Source: Salpingoeca rosetta (taxonomy: Eukaryota; Protista; Choanoflagellata). From it: 64,000 nucleotides of DNA. The notes under the pieces were generated by a model that saw nothing but the letters and a program-made list of their open reading frames with translations, was not told where the DNA came from and made no database searches. This document shows, one piece after another, positions 1 to 14,250 of this stretch (positions are counted from its first letter, which is position 1; each line of letters begins with the position of its first letter). A program made the translations under genes and the position numbers. The stretch lies in the NCBI GenBank assembly GCA_033442325.1, contig JAWQFM010000004.1, positions 1,854,926-1,918,925 of the forward strand. Reading direction: 5' to 3'.

Positions 1-434
1 CCATATCCCATCGCCCAGATGAGCACGTGCAGTTTGAGCTGTCATCCAACGAGCCCGACACCACATTTCAATGCCGCCTCCTCCCCTTTGACCACGCGCG
101 AGGATTCTTTCCCGGCGCACCGGACATATGGTCCGCCAACAACACGCGCACGTGGCTGCTCGACCTGCAACACACGCTGAAACAACAGGAACAACAAGGA
201 CAAGAGGGAGGTGCCGTGGATAACACACGCGCACTTCTGCTCTCCGCCATCACCATTGCGTTGGCAAATGGCATGACAGCTGCCGATATCACGACGGCTG
301 CAACCGTTTCTACCGCTGATGATGATGATGGTGCATTGCGCCTCCTCGCTCGCCGCATCGCCCTGCAGACAACCCCGTTTGTCGCCTGCGGTGCCAACAG
401 CGACAGCGATGGCACAGGCACCACACCACCCGGC

Positions 435-478
<44 letters not shown>

Positions 479-1104
479 GTCGTCGTCGTCGTCGACGACG
501 CTTGTTCGGTACCACCACCTGCAGTTGCAGCATGGCGTGATGCGGTTTGAGGCGCGAGCACTCGACACGGCCGGTAACACGGGCGACGCCGCGGCGTATG
601 TGTGGTTCGTTGATGGCGATGCGCCCCGGGTTGGTGTGTCCACAGCGCACCATCGCACGAACACAAGTCTGCTCGACACGACATTCGCCGTCACGGAGAC
701 GGTCGTCGACGCAATGTTCACCGACCACACAGGTGGGCATGTGTACGTGCATGTGTGGATGCGCATAAGCGGGTGCTTCTGTGGACACACAAAGCCTGGT
801 CTCTGCTGCAATTATATGCTCTTCTCCTCACACAATGTGGATGCTGCCTGCACCACTGTCACATCACCATCATCATCATCATCATCATCACCACCACCAC
901 CACCATCAATCATCACCTCATCATTATCACCAGCATCGACGTGGGACTGCAACCGCTATTCGTTCCAGATCAAACTCGAGGGCGAAATCATCGCGCCCGT
1001 GAGTAGTCGCAACTGTTGTGCATGTGTGCCTGTGTGTGCCTGTCCTCTGTCTGCCGCTCTGCTGTATCTATCCATTCCCAACTCGCTGTTGCACCACTAA
1101 CGTC

Positions 1105-1142
<38 letters not shown>

Positions 1143-1144
1143 CT

Positions 1145-1184
<40 letters not shown>

Positions 1185-1209
1185 CTTAAACAACAACTTA
1201 AACAACTCA

Positions 1210-1242
<33 letters not shown>

Positions 1243-1608
1243 TTAAACCACAACAACAACGACAACAACAACTTAAACCACAACAACAACGACAACAACA
1301 ACAACTTAAACAACAACTTAAACAACAACTTAAACAACAACTTAAACAACAACCCACCACTCTCCTTCCGCACATTTGCAGTTCTTGGCGGACACGGCGC
1401 GATTTGTGCCGCGTGGTTCGTTCAGTGATGACGTCAATGCTTACAACATCACCAAGTACGACTACCGCGCCCTGTCAACTGTCCTTACACCGGTCCTCCC
1501 CGGCGAAACGCGCGCGTTTACGCTCTCGGTCGCCGCACGCGATGTTGCTGGAAACACTGGCAGCGAACAGGCCCTCACCATTATCGTCGGTGCGTCATGC
1601 AGCTTTGT

Positions 1609-1642
<34 letters not shown>

Positions 1643-1654
1643 GTGTTGTGTGTG

Positions 1655-1706
<52 letters not shown>

Positions 1707-3532
1707 TGTCTGTCTGTCTGTCTGCCTGTCTGTCTGGTTGTCTACCCCTCTGTGTGCGTCTGTGCTGGAAATACACAATGAGCTACTTACCATTCTCAAC
1801 CCACCTACCCCTTTTCCCCCGCCCCCAACAAACAATCACAGATCGCGACCCTGCCGATGCGTTCGTGACATCATCGTTATCGTCCTCCTCCTCCTCCTCC
1901 TCCATCATCTCTCCGCTCGCATCGCCGCCACTCGAGTTCTTCTCGGACGAGGAGGGCAGTACGCGCGGTATTGCATACGCGTGCGCCATCAACCCAACAA
2001 CAACGGGAACAACAGGAACAACGGGAACACCAGGAACAGCTGCCAGTGGACGCCTCGTGTGGCCGTGCACCCTCACGTCGCTCCTGTCAACCCTCCTCAC
2101 CGCCCACAACGACAATGATAGCACCAACGACAACACGGCCGGCGCTGCTTCTCCCATGCGCATCACAGTCGCTGCTGTCGATGAAGCGCACGCAATCCCA
2201 TCAGCATCCCTTTCCCAAACATCGTCGTCGTCGTCATCACGGCAGCAGCAGGTGGCCAGCGCGGTTGTCACTGTAGACACGACGGCGCCAACAGCGGTGC
2301 TCATATCCACACCGCCGGCACGCGTGTCCCGCAGCACAACTGCCGCATTTCAATTGCAGGCGAGCGAACTGGCCCGGTTTTCCATCACCCTCCAGCAACA
2401 ACAACAGCAGCAGCAACAACAGGATGGTGGTGGTGGTGGTGTCATCACGCGGCAGGTCATGCACACGGTGGAAGCCGTGTCCAGTCCGAACCAAGGAGCA
2501 GGACTCGTCTCGCGTGCGAGCGTGGTCCTCCCTGCGGGTATAGGGTCCACACAGCCGCTGGCCGACGCGCAGTACACGCTGCTGGTAACGCCCATCGACC
2601 TTGCAGGCAACACGGGCGCAACCCTCCGCATCACATGGACGGTGGACACGCAACCGCCTCTCGTCAGCGTTGCCGCGGTTGGCAGCTGGCTGCCCAGCAC
2701 AGGGGCGGGCCGAACCGCCATCACGACAGCATCATTTGCGCTCACAGCGGTGGAGGACCCGTTTGTGTCGTTCCAGTGCGCACTCGAGTGCGTGCAGGCA
2801 TTTTCGTGCCCGCAATCGCCGTGCACGCATCCGGGCGGCTCCATCACCGACGCCAGCGCAACGGTGAGTGGTGACGGCAGCGGCTGCGCTGTTGGCGATG
2901 AGGAGCTGCAGCCGTGCTCCGCGTCACTCGTCATCACGGGCGTGCCTGAGGGGACGCACGTGCTGTGGGTGCGGGCTGTGGATGGCGCCGGGAACGTGGG
3001 CGACACGACAATGGTGGAGTGGGTGGTGGACACGACGCCGCCGACTGCGACAATCGACACGACACCTGGCGTTGCGCCAGCGAGGAGAAGTGCGGCCTCC
3101 TCTGTTTCGTTCTCCATCGACGTGGACGAGACGCTCTCCACGCTCCAGTGTCTTCTCGTCAACGCAACACGGGCAGCCCAACTCAAGACAACAGCAGCAG
3201 CAGCAGCAGCAGGTGGAGGTGGAGGACAGGGCAGTGCTGCTGGTGATGGCGATGGCAACGGTGGTGGTGGTGGTGATGCACTGGCGACATGGGGATGGGA
3301 GGTGTGCACGTCACCAGTCGCTTACGACGGATTGGCTGAGGGAGATTATGTGTTGTTCACACGAGCGATTGACGCAGCAGGAAATGTCCAGGGACAGCCA
3401 ACCAGTGCTGCTGGTGCTGGTGCTGGTGTGGATGGTGAGACGAGCAGTGTCCTGGTGGGTGCATGGGATGAGTTTTCATTCACCATCGACACGACCGCAC
3501 CTCATGCCACCATCTCCTCCGTGGCTTCCTCA

Positions 3533-3564
<32 letters not shown>

Positions 3565-4101
3565 GTCAGTGCCTGTTGTGACGCGTGATGTTGTGCGGTC
3601 GTTGACGGTCGCCTTCTCCGAGCAGCTGTCATCGCTTGCCTGCAAGCATTGTTACGCAGTTGGGGGCGTGACGAGCGATGATGCAACCTGTCGCCCTGCG
3701 ACAACGTGCGACTTTGCAACGGGCACCATCGCAGCTGTCGCTGCAGGTGTTGCTGGGGAGCCCACGCTCGCCATCACCAACAACGGCACCGCCCTCGTGT
3801 CGTGCATGCAGGCATTTGAACGCGGCTGCAACGTGCAGGATCCAAGTGTACCGGGCACACCGACATGCCCGCTTGGATTTCTGCACGTGTGCGGGGTGAC
3901 GCAGCTATCGTACAGCGCCACGTGCAACGCGTTTTCGGATGAGCAGCAGCAGCGTGCGTGCGTTGAGGAGAACACATACACACACTGGATCGAACTCACG
4001 CTCACAGACGTCGCCGGAAACACCGCAACACAGCGCATCGACACCTGGATCTTCGGTGAGCGAATTAGGGTGTGTTGTGGGTGTGTCTATGTGCGCGTGT
4101 G

Positions 4102-4145
<44 letters not shown>

Positions 4146-7100
4146 CTGTGCGTGTGTGTGCGTGCGTGTGGGTCAGTATCTGTTTAAGCATATGTGTGCG
4201 TATCCCACCAACCGCTCCATGCTGCCCAGTTTTTTTTTTTTTTTCGCGTTTCCTCATCAACCACTCCCCCCCCCCTCCGTCTCACATCAAACCACCGCCA
4301 CTGCCACCCTCAACAGACATGTACAAACCGGCTGTCCGTGTCAGCGCACAGCTTCCATCATCATCGTCCTCCTCCTCGTCTCTGCAGTTGACGCAGCCAT
4401 TCTTCGATGCCGTACAACAGGACTTTGCCACCGGTATTCCACAGCTCGCGTTTGCATCCGCACCGACCGTTATCAACGTCACCATCACCAGCGCCCCGTC
4501 AGAAGGGTACGCCCGTCCAAACACATCCACAACCTCAGCCATCATCGACAACAACACCAACGGTGATGGGGGTGATGGTACGGCATTGTCGACTCGATTG
4601 GCATTTGAGTGTCGACTGCAGACACCCGTCGCAACCATTGCCATTGCGCCCTGCGCGGCCACGACTGCCGTCCCCGCTGACCTCGTCACGGGTGGCGGGT
4701 ACTATTCGCTGATTGTCACGCCCGTGGATGAAGCCGGCAACGCTGGAACAGCCGTTCACACAGATTGGCTCATTGGTACGTTTGGCTTGTCGTGTCATGT
4801 TTGGCTCTGTGTCTGTGAATATTATGTGTGTTTGTGTGTTTGTCTGTCTGTATGTCTGTCTGTCTGTATGTATGTGTGTATGTATGTGTGTATGTCTGTC
4901 TGTCTGTGTCTGTGTGTGTCCTTGTGTGTATCTCCGCTTCCTGAAGTCCCTCTGACGGTATCACTCCCCCGCAACGTGTGTCACCTCCCTCTGTTACCTG
5001 CAACAGTGGAAGACGAGACGCGCGTGTACGTGGACGAGAGTGCGTCTGATGTTTGGGTGAAAGGCACGTCGGCCTCCATCGAGCTTGCATGCAACCACCC
5101 ACTCTGCTCGTTCCAATGCAGAATTTCAAGTGCACAGGTGCGTTTCTCTCCATGAATGTGTGGGCTCGTGTGTTTCCACACACGCACACACACACACACA
5201 ACACACACAACACATAACACAACACGAACATGCTCGACACACGCATCCTCTCACTCGCCCACCCATACTCCCCCCCCCCATCTACTCACCACCACCACTA
5301 CTGCAGGCGGTTCTCCGGACGGGCGTGCGCGTGCCAGCGGACGTTTCAACTGCGCCGGCATTTGCGCCGTGTCAGGTGACACCACTCCGCTTCCTGCTAC
5401 GGCTCCACCCCGTGTCCACAGATGAACGACCGCACACGAGCACCGCCGCCGCCACGCTCGTGTTCCTCGCCGCACACCAAGACGAGCTGCTCGCCAGACT
5501 CGCCGTGCTGCTGTCGTCTGCAGTCAACGCCGTGGACTCCATCGTGAGTGTGCTGCTGCAGTCGTGTGTGCACATGTGTGTGCGTGTGCTTGTTTGTGCG
5601 TGTGTATGTGTGTGGGTGTGGGTGTTTGAACTCGTTCCGTCGCCTTCCCCTATTGTAACGCCTTCCATTTCTTTCCCCTGTTTTTGCTGCGCGTGTGTGC
5701 AGATGGTGCAGGAGCCGGTGGATGACAGCACGTTTGTTGTGCTGTTTACCGTGTCATCGTGGAAGGACATCACCTCGGACGCGCAGTGGCAGTCGGTCCT
5801 CTTGTCCTCGCTCGTGGGCGAAACCGTGTCGCTCGCACGCGGATATGTTGGTCGCAGCAGCACAGAGACGACACCAAGCGGCGCTCCCTGCACCTGCAGC
5901 ACGTGTGCTACTGCTGCAACTTGCACTGACGACGCAAGCGGCACTGCTGTCACATGCCCGTGCGAGGGGACATACGATGGTGTTGGCACGTTTGAGATTG
6001 GCGGCGTGCACATGCCAGACCTCCCTGTTGTGTCGGTCACCTTGCCTGCGCCAACAACTGCGACTGATGGCAACAGTGATGCAACGGCTGTGCGGCACAC
6101 GGAATTCAACATTGACATTGCAGCTGCGCCCGCTGTTGTTGGTGTTGGCGGTGATGGAGAAGATTTTGGACCACCATCTCGATGGATTGTTCACCAAGGT
6201 GATGTCAATGACGAAGACGTTGAGTCGTGTGTGTGTGTCTGTGTGTGTTTGTGTATATACAATATGTATGTATACATGTATATATATGTGTGTGTGTCCG
6301 ATTTGTATTCAGCTTGCTTTCTGTCACACCTTCTTGGGACCACACGTTACCCACCATTGCGCTCATCTCATCCACATTCATCCACTCTCCCTGGCTGCAC
6401 CTTCCATCAGACGTGTATCCCCCTGAAATGGCTTTCACCGCCGCACCCTCCATCACCACTCTGCCGCAGCAGCAGCAGCAGCAGCATGTTGTTAGCATCA
6501 ACGCATCCCTCTTCTCCCTCGATGCTCCAAGCGGTGACGGCTTTTCGCACGCCACGTGCAACCTCACGCGCGTATGCCGCGCCACTGATGCAATCTGTAC
6601 GGCTGAACGCATCGTGCACGCAGACCCGTGCGGGCGATTGCATGATGACTTGGCGGCTGCCGTGTCTGTGGATGTGCAGCTGCAAGCGGAGGAGGATGCG
6701 ATGGTTGCTGGCCGGTACCGCCTCGCAGTTTCGGGCGTGGATGTGTCTGGAAATGTGGGGGAGCCGGCCACGTGGGTCTTTGTGTGGCCGTTGCGTGATG
6801 AGAACGCAAATGCAACAGACGCCGACACCCCATCATCACTGGCTGCTGATGATGTCACTGTGAGGGAGGCCGTGTGGTACGGCAGCCACCTCCACCTCGC
6901 TTTCACTTCCTCTCGCCTGGTGGATCAACCGTTTGCATGCGCCAACACCACCTCAACAACAACACTTGCGCGAACAGACACCCCCATCGCTTTCTCGCCC
7001 TGCTCAAGGTGAGGAGGTTATGGGACAACATTTGAAGATGTATTGCCTGTCTCCCTTTTGTGTGTGTGTCTGTGTGTGTGTGTGTGTGTGTGTATCTGTG

Positions 7101-8170
7101 TGTGTGTGTGTCTGTGTGTCTGTGTGTGTGTGTGTGTGCATGTGTCTTTGTGTGTGTGTGTGTGTGTGTGTATGTCTGTGTGTGTGTGTGTGTGTGTCTG
7201 TGTGTGTGTGTGTGTGTCTTTGTGTGTGTCTGTGTGTGTGTGTGTGTCTGTGTCCGTGTGTCTTTGTGTGTGTGCATGTTTCCTTGCTATGCCGACGTCT
7301 GCATCTATGTCTCCCTGTCTTACATCTCTTGGCCGCTGCTCAAGCGGCGTCCCAGCGCAAGTCTCACACGTGCTTTCATTCGTCCCACCAACCAAACACC
7401 AACACAGCCCACTGCGCATTGCTGCTGACGTTGCTGCGAGTGCTGGGTTTCGGCTGTTTATTTCCGCCTCCGATGCGTCGACAGCAACGCCGGCCGACAG
7501 CCGCTGCTTTCGCTTCGCCCAGCCAGCACAAGCCAGCACAGCCAACAACGCAACCACAACAACAGCACCCACGACTGCAACCACAGCCACAGCAACAACT
7601 TCACCGAGCGTACCAGCGTCATCGTCGTCAGGGACATGCACGCTTGTGTCAGACATCGCCAACTTGACTGCCATTGTGCTGGAGGCATCAGCAACACCAC
7701 CACCGCCACCACCAGCACCCGTGGAGCAAGCGGCATCATGCAACAGCCAGGCCGCAGCAGCCCGCGGTCTGCTTGGGTTTGGCGTGTTCCTGCTCATTGC
7801 CACGCTGGCGCTGTTTGGGTGGCTTGTTGTGCGCCGTCGCCGCCTGCCTGCAGAGTTCATTCCCCCGCCGAAGCTGCGTTCGCGCAAGGCGTTCCACAAC
7901 CCCGCTTTCCAGACGGATCTCAAGCACAGCCGCCCTGCGTCGTCGGCGTCCACGCGTATGGGGTCGAGGGCTGCATCAACGACGAGTCTGGGCAGCGTTG
8001 GCAGGCGCATGCAGTCACCGAGTTATGTCAGCACGACAAGCAACAGGGGAACGCCCGTGGTTGTCGAGAAGATTTTGCCCAAGCGCAAGCAGACGCTCAC
8101 GCCAGGCCTGCGCACCCCAACACAGCAACACCAGCAACACCAGCAGCAACACCAGTGGTCCCCGCCGTGA
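1..8170 (+). CDS. Large multi-exon type-I membrane protein with repeated bacterial-type Ig-like domains (5' end outside window)
   Basis: Coding blocks in ORFs 27-1100, 1376-5155, 5085-6863, 6227-7012 and 7043-8170 are separated by (GT)n/(AAC)n introns. There are eight copies of a 'D-x-[AS]-G-N...W-x-V-D-T-x-x-P' type motif (ALDTAGN, ARDVAGN, PIDLAGN, AVDGAGN, AIDAAGN, LTDVAGN, PVDEAGN, GVDVSGN). A Thr-rich stalk precedes a TM helix GLLGFGVFLLIATLALFGWLVV (~7766-7831), then RRRR and a ~110-aa tail; stop at 8168-8170. Confidence 0.75.
1103..1352. repeat. (AAC)n microsatellite with TTA interruptions, intronic
   Basis: Directly visible tandem aac/aacttaaac units ending just before the acceptor ttgcag at ~1381. 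Confidence 0.9.
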
Positions 8171-8264
8171 TATGTGTGTGTGTGTGTCTATGTGTGTGTC
8201 TATGTGTGTGTATGTCTATGTGCGTGTGTGTTTGTCTATCTATGTGTGTGTATGTCTATGTGTG

Positions 8265-8303
<39 letters not shown>

Positions 8304-8991
8304 ATCATGTATCAACGCTTCCCTTTGAACTCTGTCCATGCCTTATCTGACCTTCCTTGCATCCTGCCATCTCGTCAAGCTCGGGATTATGTATCCACCA
8401 CCGAACGTGCCGCAACATCTTCCCACTCACCACAATCATCACCACCATCACCACCAGCTGCGTGGTTTTTGTTTGGAATGCGTTCATTGGACGGATATGC
8501 TGGTGGGGAGGAAAGGAGCAACAAACAAACAAACACGAGCACAAAAGGAAAAACACATGCACAAGAGGGACCCGTGTAACCAACATCCAACGAACGAGAG
8601 AGAACAACACGCGTGTGCACACACTACATCAAGCAATGACTGAGGAAACAACAGCACGAGAGACGGACGGAGAGAGGGTCCATCACATGTCACACCCAAG
8701 CACAGAATGTCTTGGGGAAGAGGGAACAAACACGACCGAGCGACAATGGCGAGGCCAAACGAAACAAACAACGGACGAACAGACTTGACATGAAGGAAGG
8801 AAGGAACATCAACACAACAGCAGCCAAAGCATCGTCATCATCGACAGCACCAACAGAGACAACAACAACAACAAGCGGCGTGGCAAGACAATCGAAACGA
8901 AGAGTGTGTGTTGGGGTGTGTGCTATTGGTGTTGGTGGTTTTTGTTTGGTATTGCTGGTCTGTCAGCGTGTCTGTGTTGCCAGGAGCCTAT

Positions 8992-11900
8992 CTACTGCAT
9001 GCCCTGCTGTGGGTAGCCGCCCTGCTGCTGCTGCGGATAACCCATGCCCATGCCCATGCCCATACCGCCGGGGCCGCCCGTCAGCATGAGCTGCTGCATG
9101 CCCATGTTTGGCGTCGGCGGCTGCGACTCTTCCTCCGCCTTCCTCTCCGCGTGGTGCGTCGACAGCATGTCCACCTGAATCAAGTAAGGGAAGCGGGGAG
9201 ATGGGAGAGGGGAGAGAGAATGGTGTTGGGGCGGATACAGCGTGAGTGTAGGCTCGTTCGACGTTGGCAGAATTGGACACATGGGGACGCAATACTACCC
9301 AGGGAGCAAATGTCATGCAGGTGCTCAAGACATCAACGCAGAAACCACGACACACACACACACACGCACGCACACACGCACACACAACACACACGCACGC
9401 ACACCACGCACAACGTGCACCACACAACACAGCACGTGACACGCACCTTCTGTGTGTACTCCTTGACGACGTTGATGAAGTAAGGCATGGCAAAGTCCAT
9501 CATGCGGTTGCGCCATGCGAGCTCCATTGCCACATCGGGCTTGACCAGGTCGTAGCACGTGAACAGGCACGCAGCAAAGCACTCCCTGGGCGGGTTGAAG
9601 TGGTGGTGGGGGTGGGTGCAGATAGGAGGTGAGAAACGACTTGGGTGGGTTAAGGGCGTCACACGCACAACCACACAACTCATTCACACACTCATTCACA
9701 CACTTATTCACACTCACTCACACTCACACACAAAACCACACTCATTCATGCAACACACTCATTCACGCACACACACACACGCACATATTCAGACTACAAC
9801 ACGCACTTGTTCTCAATCTCGACAAAGTAGTTGAGGAGGGAGAGGGCGCTCTCGGCGTCGCGGGAATCGGCAGCGTACTGCATTGCGTCCTTGAAGAGCT
9901 TGTCGCGCTTGCAAATGTCAATGGACTGCTGCCACCTGCTCGTGGCAAAAACAACAACGGCAGCAATAACAATAGAGGCGGACGGGGGTGGGCAATGAAG
10001 CGAGGAGGGTGAGCAACAGGCAACAGCACATGCACGATACGCGACACGACAATGGCACGCGAAAGAACGGGGGAAACTAAACCAAACACAATCAAACACA
10101 AACCGACACAAAACAAAACAAACCACAAAATCAAACAACAAACCAATCAAACCAAACCAACCAAATCACAGCAGCCAAACAACTACACGGACCTGTTGTT
10201 GGCCTTGTAGAGGTACGCAGCAATGCGGCGGAACTCAAGCAGCTCGTGCTTCTCCAGCTGCTGCGCCAACGCAATGGTGTCAAAGTTTTGGTACTTGTCG
10301 ATGGACTGGCGAAGCGCCTCATAGTCGCCCTCCTCAATGAGCACAGAGTTGAGCGCCTCGTTCACGTGCTGCGGTTAATGTTGTGGTGGAGTGGTGGAAG
10401 CAAAGAAGCAAAACATGTGAGTAGACAGGTGGAAAGACGAGTGGCGAGTGAAAGCAACATCTACTTCCATCATGAAAACACAAACATGCCACACAACACA
10501 CAAAACACACACACACACACACGCAACAACCACACAAAATCTCACACAACGACAACACACACACACACAACCACACAGCAACAAAACCAACTCAAAACAA
10601 CAAACACGACCACCACCGCCAACCACACCTTGTTGTCGTTCTGCTGGACGAGCTGCAGGTACGGCTTGACGAGGGAGAGCTCGTTGCGGTCCGAGAGCAG
10701 CTTGACGGCGCGCGTGTGGTCGATGCGGGCAACGGCGGCAGACAGCACGTCGTTGAGCTGCGACGGCTTAAACTCGAGGTAAAAGTCAACGGCCTTGTAG
10801 AAAATCTCCGTGTTGGCAACCTTGGGCACCATCTCCAGCAGCGTCTTGTGCTTCCACGCCTCCGACGGGTGGTTCATCATGGTGAGGATGGCGTTGTCGT
10901 ACTCCTCATACTTGCCGTACAGGAACACGAGCTCGTCCCACAGGTGCGCGTTCTCCGCCGCCCGCAGCACCTTGGGGATGTTGACGCGCGACCAGTACAT
11001 GTTGAGGTACTCGGACATCTTCTCCGGCGCGTACTTGGAGTACAGGATGGCAAGCTCCGTGAACATGCCCATGTGGGCGCGCTCAAGGTTGAGGCCGGCC
11101 TCCAGCAGGGCAATGAGCTCGTGGAAGTGGCCGCGCGACAGGTAGTAGTTGATCACCTCGTCAAGCTCGTCCGCGTGCACCACAATGTGCAGGCCGCAAA
11201 TCTGCGCCATCTTGAACTCGCCGTGCTCCACGCAGGCAAAGCACACCTCCTTCCAGCTGCGCGTGTTGTTGGCCTTGCGTGCGGCGTCCACGGCAGCCTG
11301 GTACTCGCCAAGGAAGACAAGCGTCGACGACAGGCGGCCAAAGTCCGACACGTTGGTGTAGAGAATCTTGGCAGCCTCGTACATGCCGTTCTGGTAGCAG
11401 CGGTCGCCAACCTCCTGCACGTTGGCCAGGTTGGCCTCTGTGATAAACTCCTCCATGTCCGCCAGCCGGTTGGTCTTGGCAAAGGCAAACACGAGCTCCG
11501 TCTCGACAGACGCGTCGCGTGCCTTCTTGCGCGCCATCTGCAGGTACTTGACCAGCTCCTCAAAGTTGCCGCTCTCGTTGGCGGCGGCAACCACCTGCTT
11601 GTACGTGGTCGGGTCGTCGGCCTTGATGTACGAGTCAATCGCCTCCTTCACCATGCCGTCGCGCAGCTGGGCGCCGGCGAGCAGCGACCACACGTCGCCG
11701 TCGTTGACGCGCTCGGCAAACTCGTACGCGCGGTCCAGGTTCTTGATGTGGTCAATGAGCACCTTGATGGCCTCCGTGGGCACGTCAAACTTCTGGAAGA
11801 TGGCAAACGCCTCCTCAAAGAGGGACGACTCAATGGCGATGGCGGCGACGTCCGGGGCGTCGTAGTTGTCCAGGCGGTTGATGTACTCCATCACGCGCGA

Positions 11901-14107
11901 CGCGTCGGCCTCAATCGCCGTGTGGATGAGCAGGTTCTGCAGGTTCTTGTTGGAGCTGAAGGCCGAGTCACCCATGACCAGCTTCTCCAGGAGCTCAATG
12001 AGCTCGTTGGGCAGCTTGGCCGCCATAAACGCCTTGACCGTGGAGGACACGTCGTCCGGATCGTGGCTCTCGTGCAGCGCCGTCTGCACCACCTGGTCAA
12101 CCAGCGGGCGGCGGTGCTCATTCTCGGGGTCAAGCACCTGCGCCCACAGCTCGTCGTCGCGGCGGGCAACGAGGTAGCGCGCCTCGTTCTTGTACAGGTT
12201 GTTGGCGTGGCACACCTCAATCAGCTCCTGGTCGCACTTGCCGCGCTCGTAGGCCACAAACGCCAGCTGCGGGTCGCGCTTCTCGCAGTACTTGCCCACA
12301 ACGAGGCTGTCGTAGTGCTCGTTCTCGCGCAGGAAGCGCTCGGCGTTGTTGTTGGCGTCAATGTAGATCTTGGCCAGGGCGTTGTGGGTGGCGGGCTCCG
12401 TGACGCCCTCGTGGATGCGCGACTCGAGCCAGGGCAGCAGCAGCTTGAGGCGGTTGCGCTTCTCCGCCTCCTCCACAAGCTGGTCCGTGGAGAACTCGCC
12501 GCGCACAACGGAGATGAGGTTCTTGATGACGTCCTCGCTGCAGTCAACATCGAGCAGGCCGCCAACCACCTGCGGCAGGCGCTTCGAGTTGACCTTGGTC
12601 ACGTACACCTCGATGTACTTCTTCAGGTCGTTCTTGTACAGGTACATGACAAGGTCGTGCACAAAGTCGAACCTGACAACAGATGGGAGTGGGAAGGAGG
12701 GGGGAAGGAGATGAGGTGGGCAAAAAGAAGAGGGTGGGTTGGTGGGTGTAGACAATGGTAATGTGCATGATGATACACACCCAAAAAACAACACACACTC
12801 ACACGCTCACGCAAGAGCACGCAAAACAACGCCCTCACGTAAACACAAACACACACTCACACAAGCACACATTCACACAAACACACTCACACAAGCACAC
12901 ATTCAGCTCACGAACAACACACACACACGCAAAAAAAAAAACACACATCACAACAACACACCTGTCGCAGACGATGATGAGCGGGAGCTGGTCCGAGAGC
13001 TTGGCCTCCTTCAAAAAGTTCTTGACGCGCTCCGGGTCGTAGAAGTTGCTCTCACGGCAGATACGCTCAACCTCCTTGATCTGGCCCGTCTTGCAGGCAG
13101 CCTCAATGTACTTGAAGTGCACCTCCGCATCCTCGGACGCGTTGACAATCGCGCCGAGAAAGTAAAACAGGCCCTCAAACGACTTGAACGACTCAAAGAG
13201 GTCAATGAGCGCGGTGGTGGTGAGGTGTTCGTGGTACTTGGCGGCAATCTGCACGCAAATCTGCAGGTTCTGGCGAATGTTCTTGGAGAGCATCTCCTTG
13301 AGGCATTCGAGCGCGTTCTCCACGCTCAGCGTGCCAAAGTACGAGATGAGAAACTCGGGCTTGAGCAGGTGCGTGTGGATGATGGCGCGCTTGATGTCAA
13401 AGAGGTCAGTGTAGTTCTCCAGGGCGCGGGTGAGGAGGCCGGCCTGCTCGCACAGCTGCGCAATGTGCTGCTTGTCGTACTTGGTGAACATCTTGTTGCC
13501 GAGAATGGCATCGGCAACCTGCGGCGCGGCGCGGAGGTTCATCTCCAGCAGGCGCGTCTGCAGCTGCGCGTGCTCGTCCTTGTCGCCCTTGAGCGCCTCC
13601 AGCAGAAACGCCGTGCACGGCTGCACCAGGTTCATCTCCGCAAACGCGTCGACAATCTGGTTGATGTCGGCGAGGGGCGGGTCCTGGTTCACCAGGCTCT
13701 TGGCATAGTCGGCCGCCTTGTCCGGGTTGCTGCGGAGAATCATGCGCAGGATGTACACGTAATCTGGCGTGTAGCCAACCTTCTGCGAGTACAGCACAAT
13801 CTTCTCAAACTCGCCTGTCTCCGCAAAGCACTGCACGACCTTGGCAGACGCCTCGGCGCGCAGGTACACGGACAGCGCAAACTTGGGCGAGATGGGCTTG
13901 ATCATGTCGCCAAGCTCCTCAGAGCACTCCAGCTGTAGTGGTTGGTGTATGGGGATGTGAAAGGGGGGGGATGAGGGGTGAGTTGAGAAAGGGAGATGGA
14001 AATGCGTGAAAGCGGTGTGTGCGGAGAGGGAGGGGGCATCACATGGAGCTTTCACAGAGCAACACGCAACAACAAACGCATAAAGGCGCATTAAAAATCC
14101 AATCATC

Positions 14108-14168
<61 letters not shown>

Positions 14169-14170
14169 GC

Positions 14171-14250
<80 letters not shown>

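Noticed and set aside
10716-13938. Long + strand ORFs opposite clathrin
   Set aside because: Antisense shadows of a strongly codon-biased gene.
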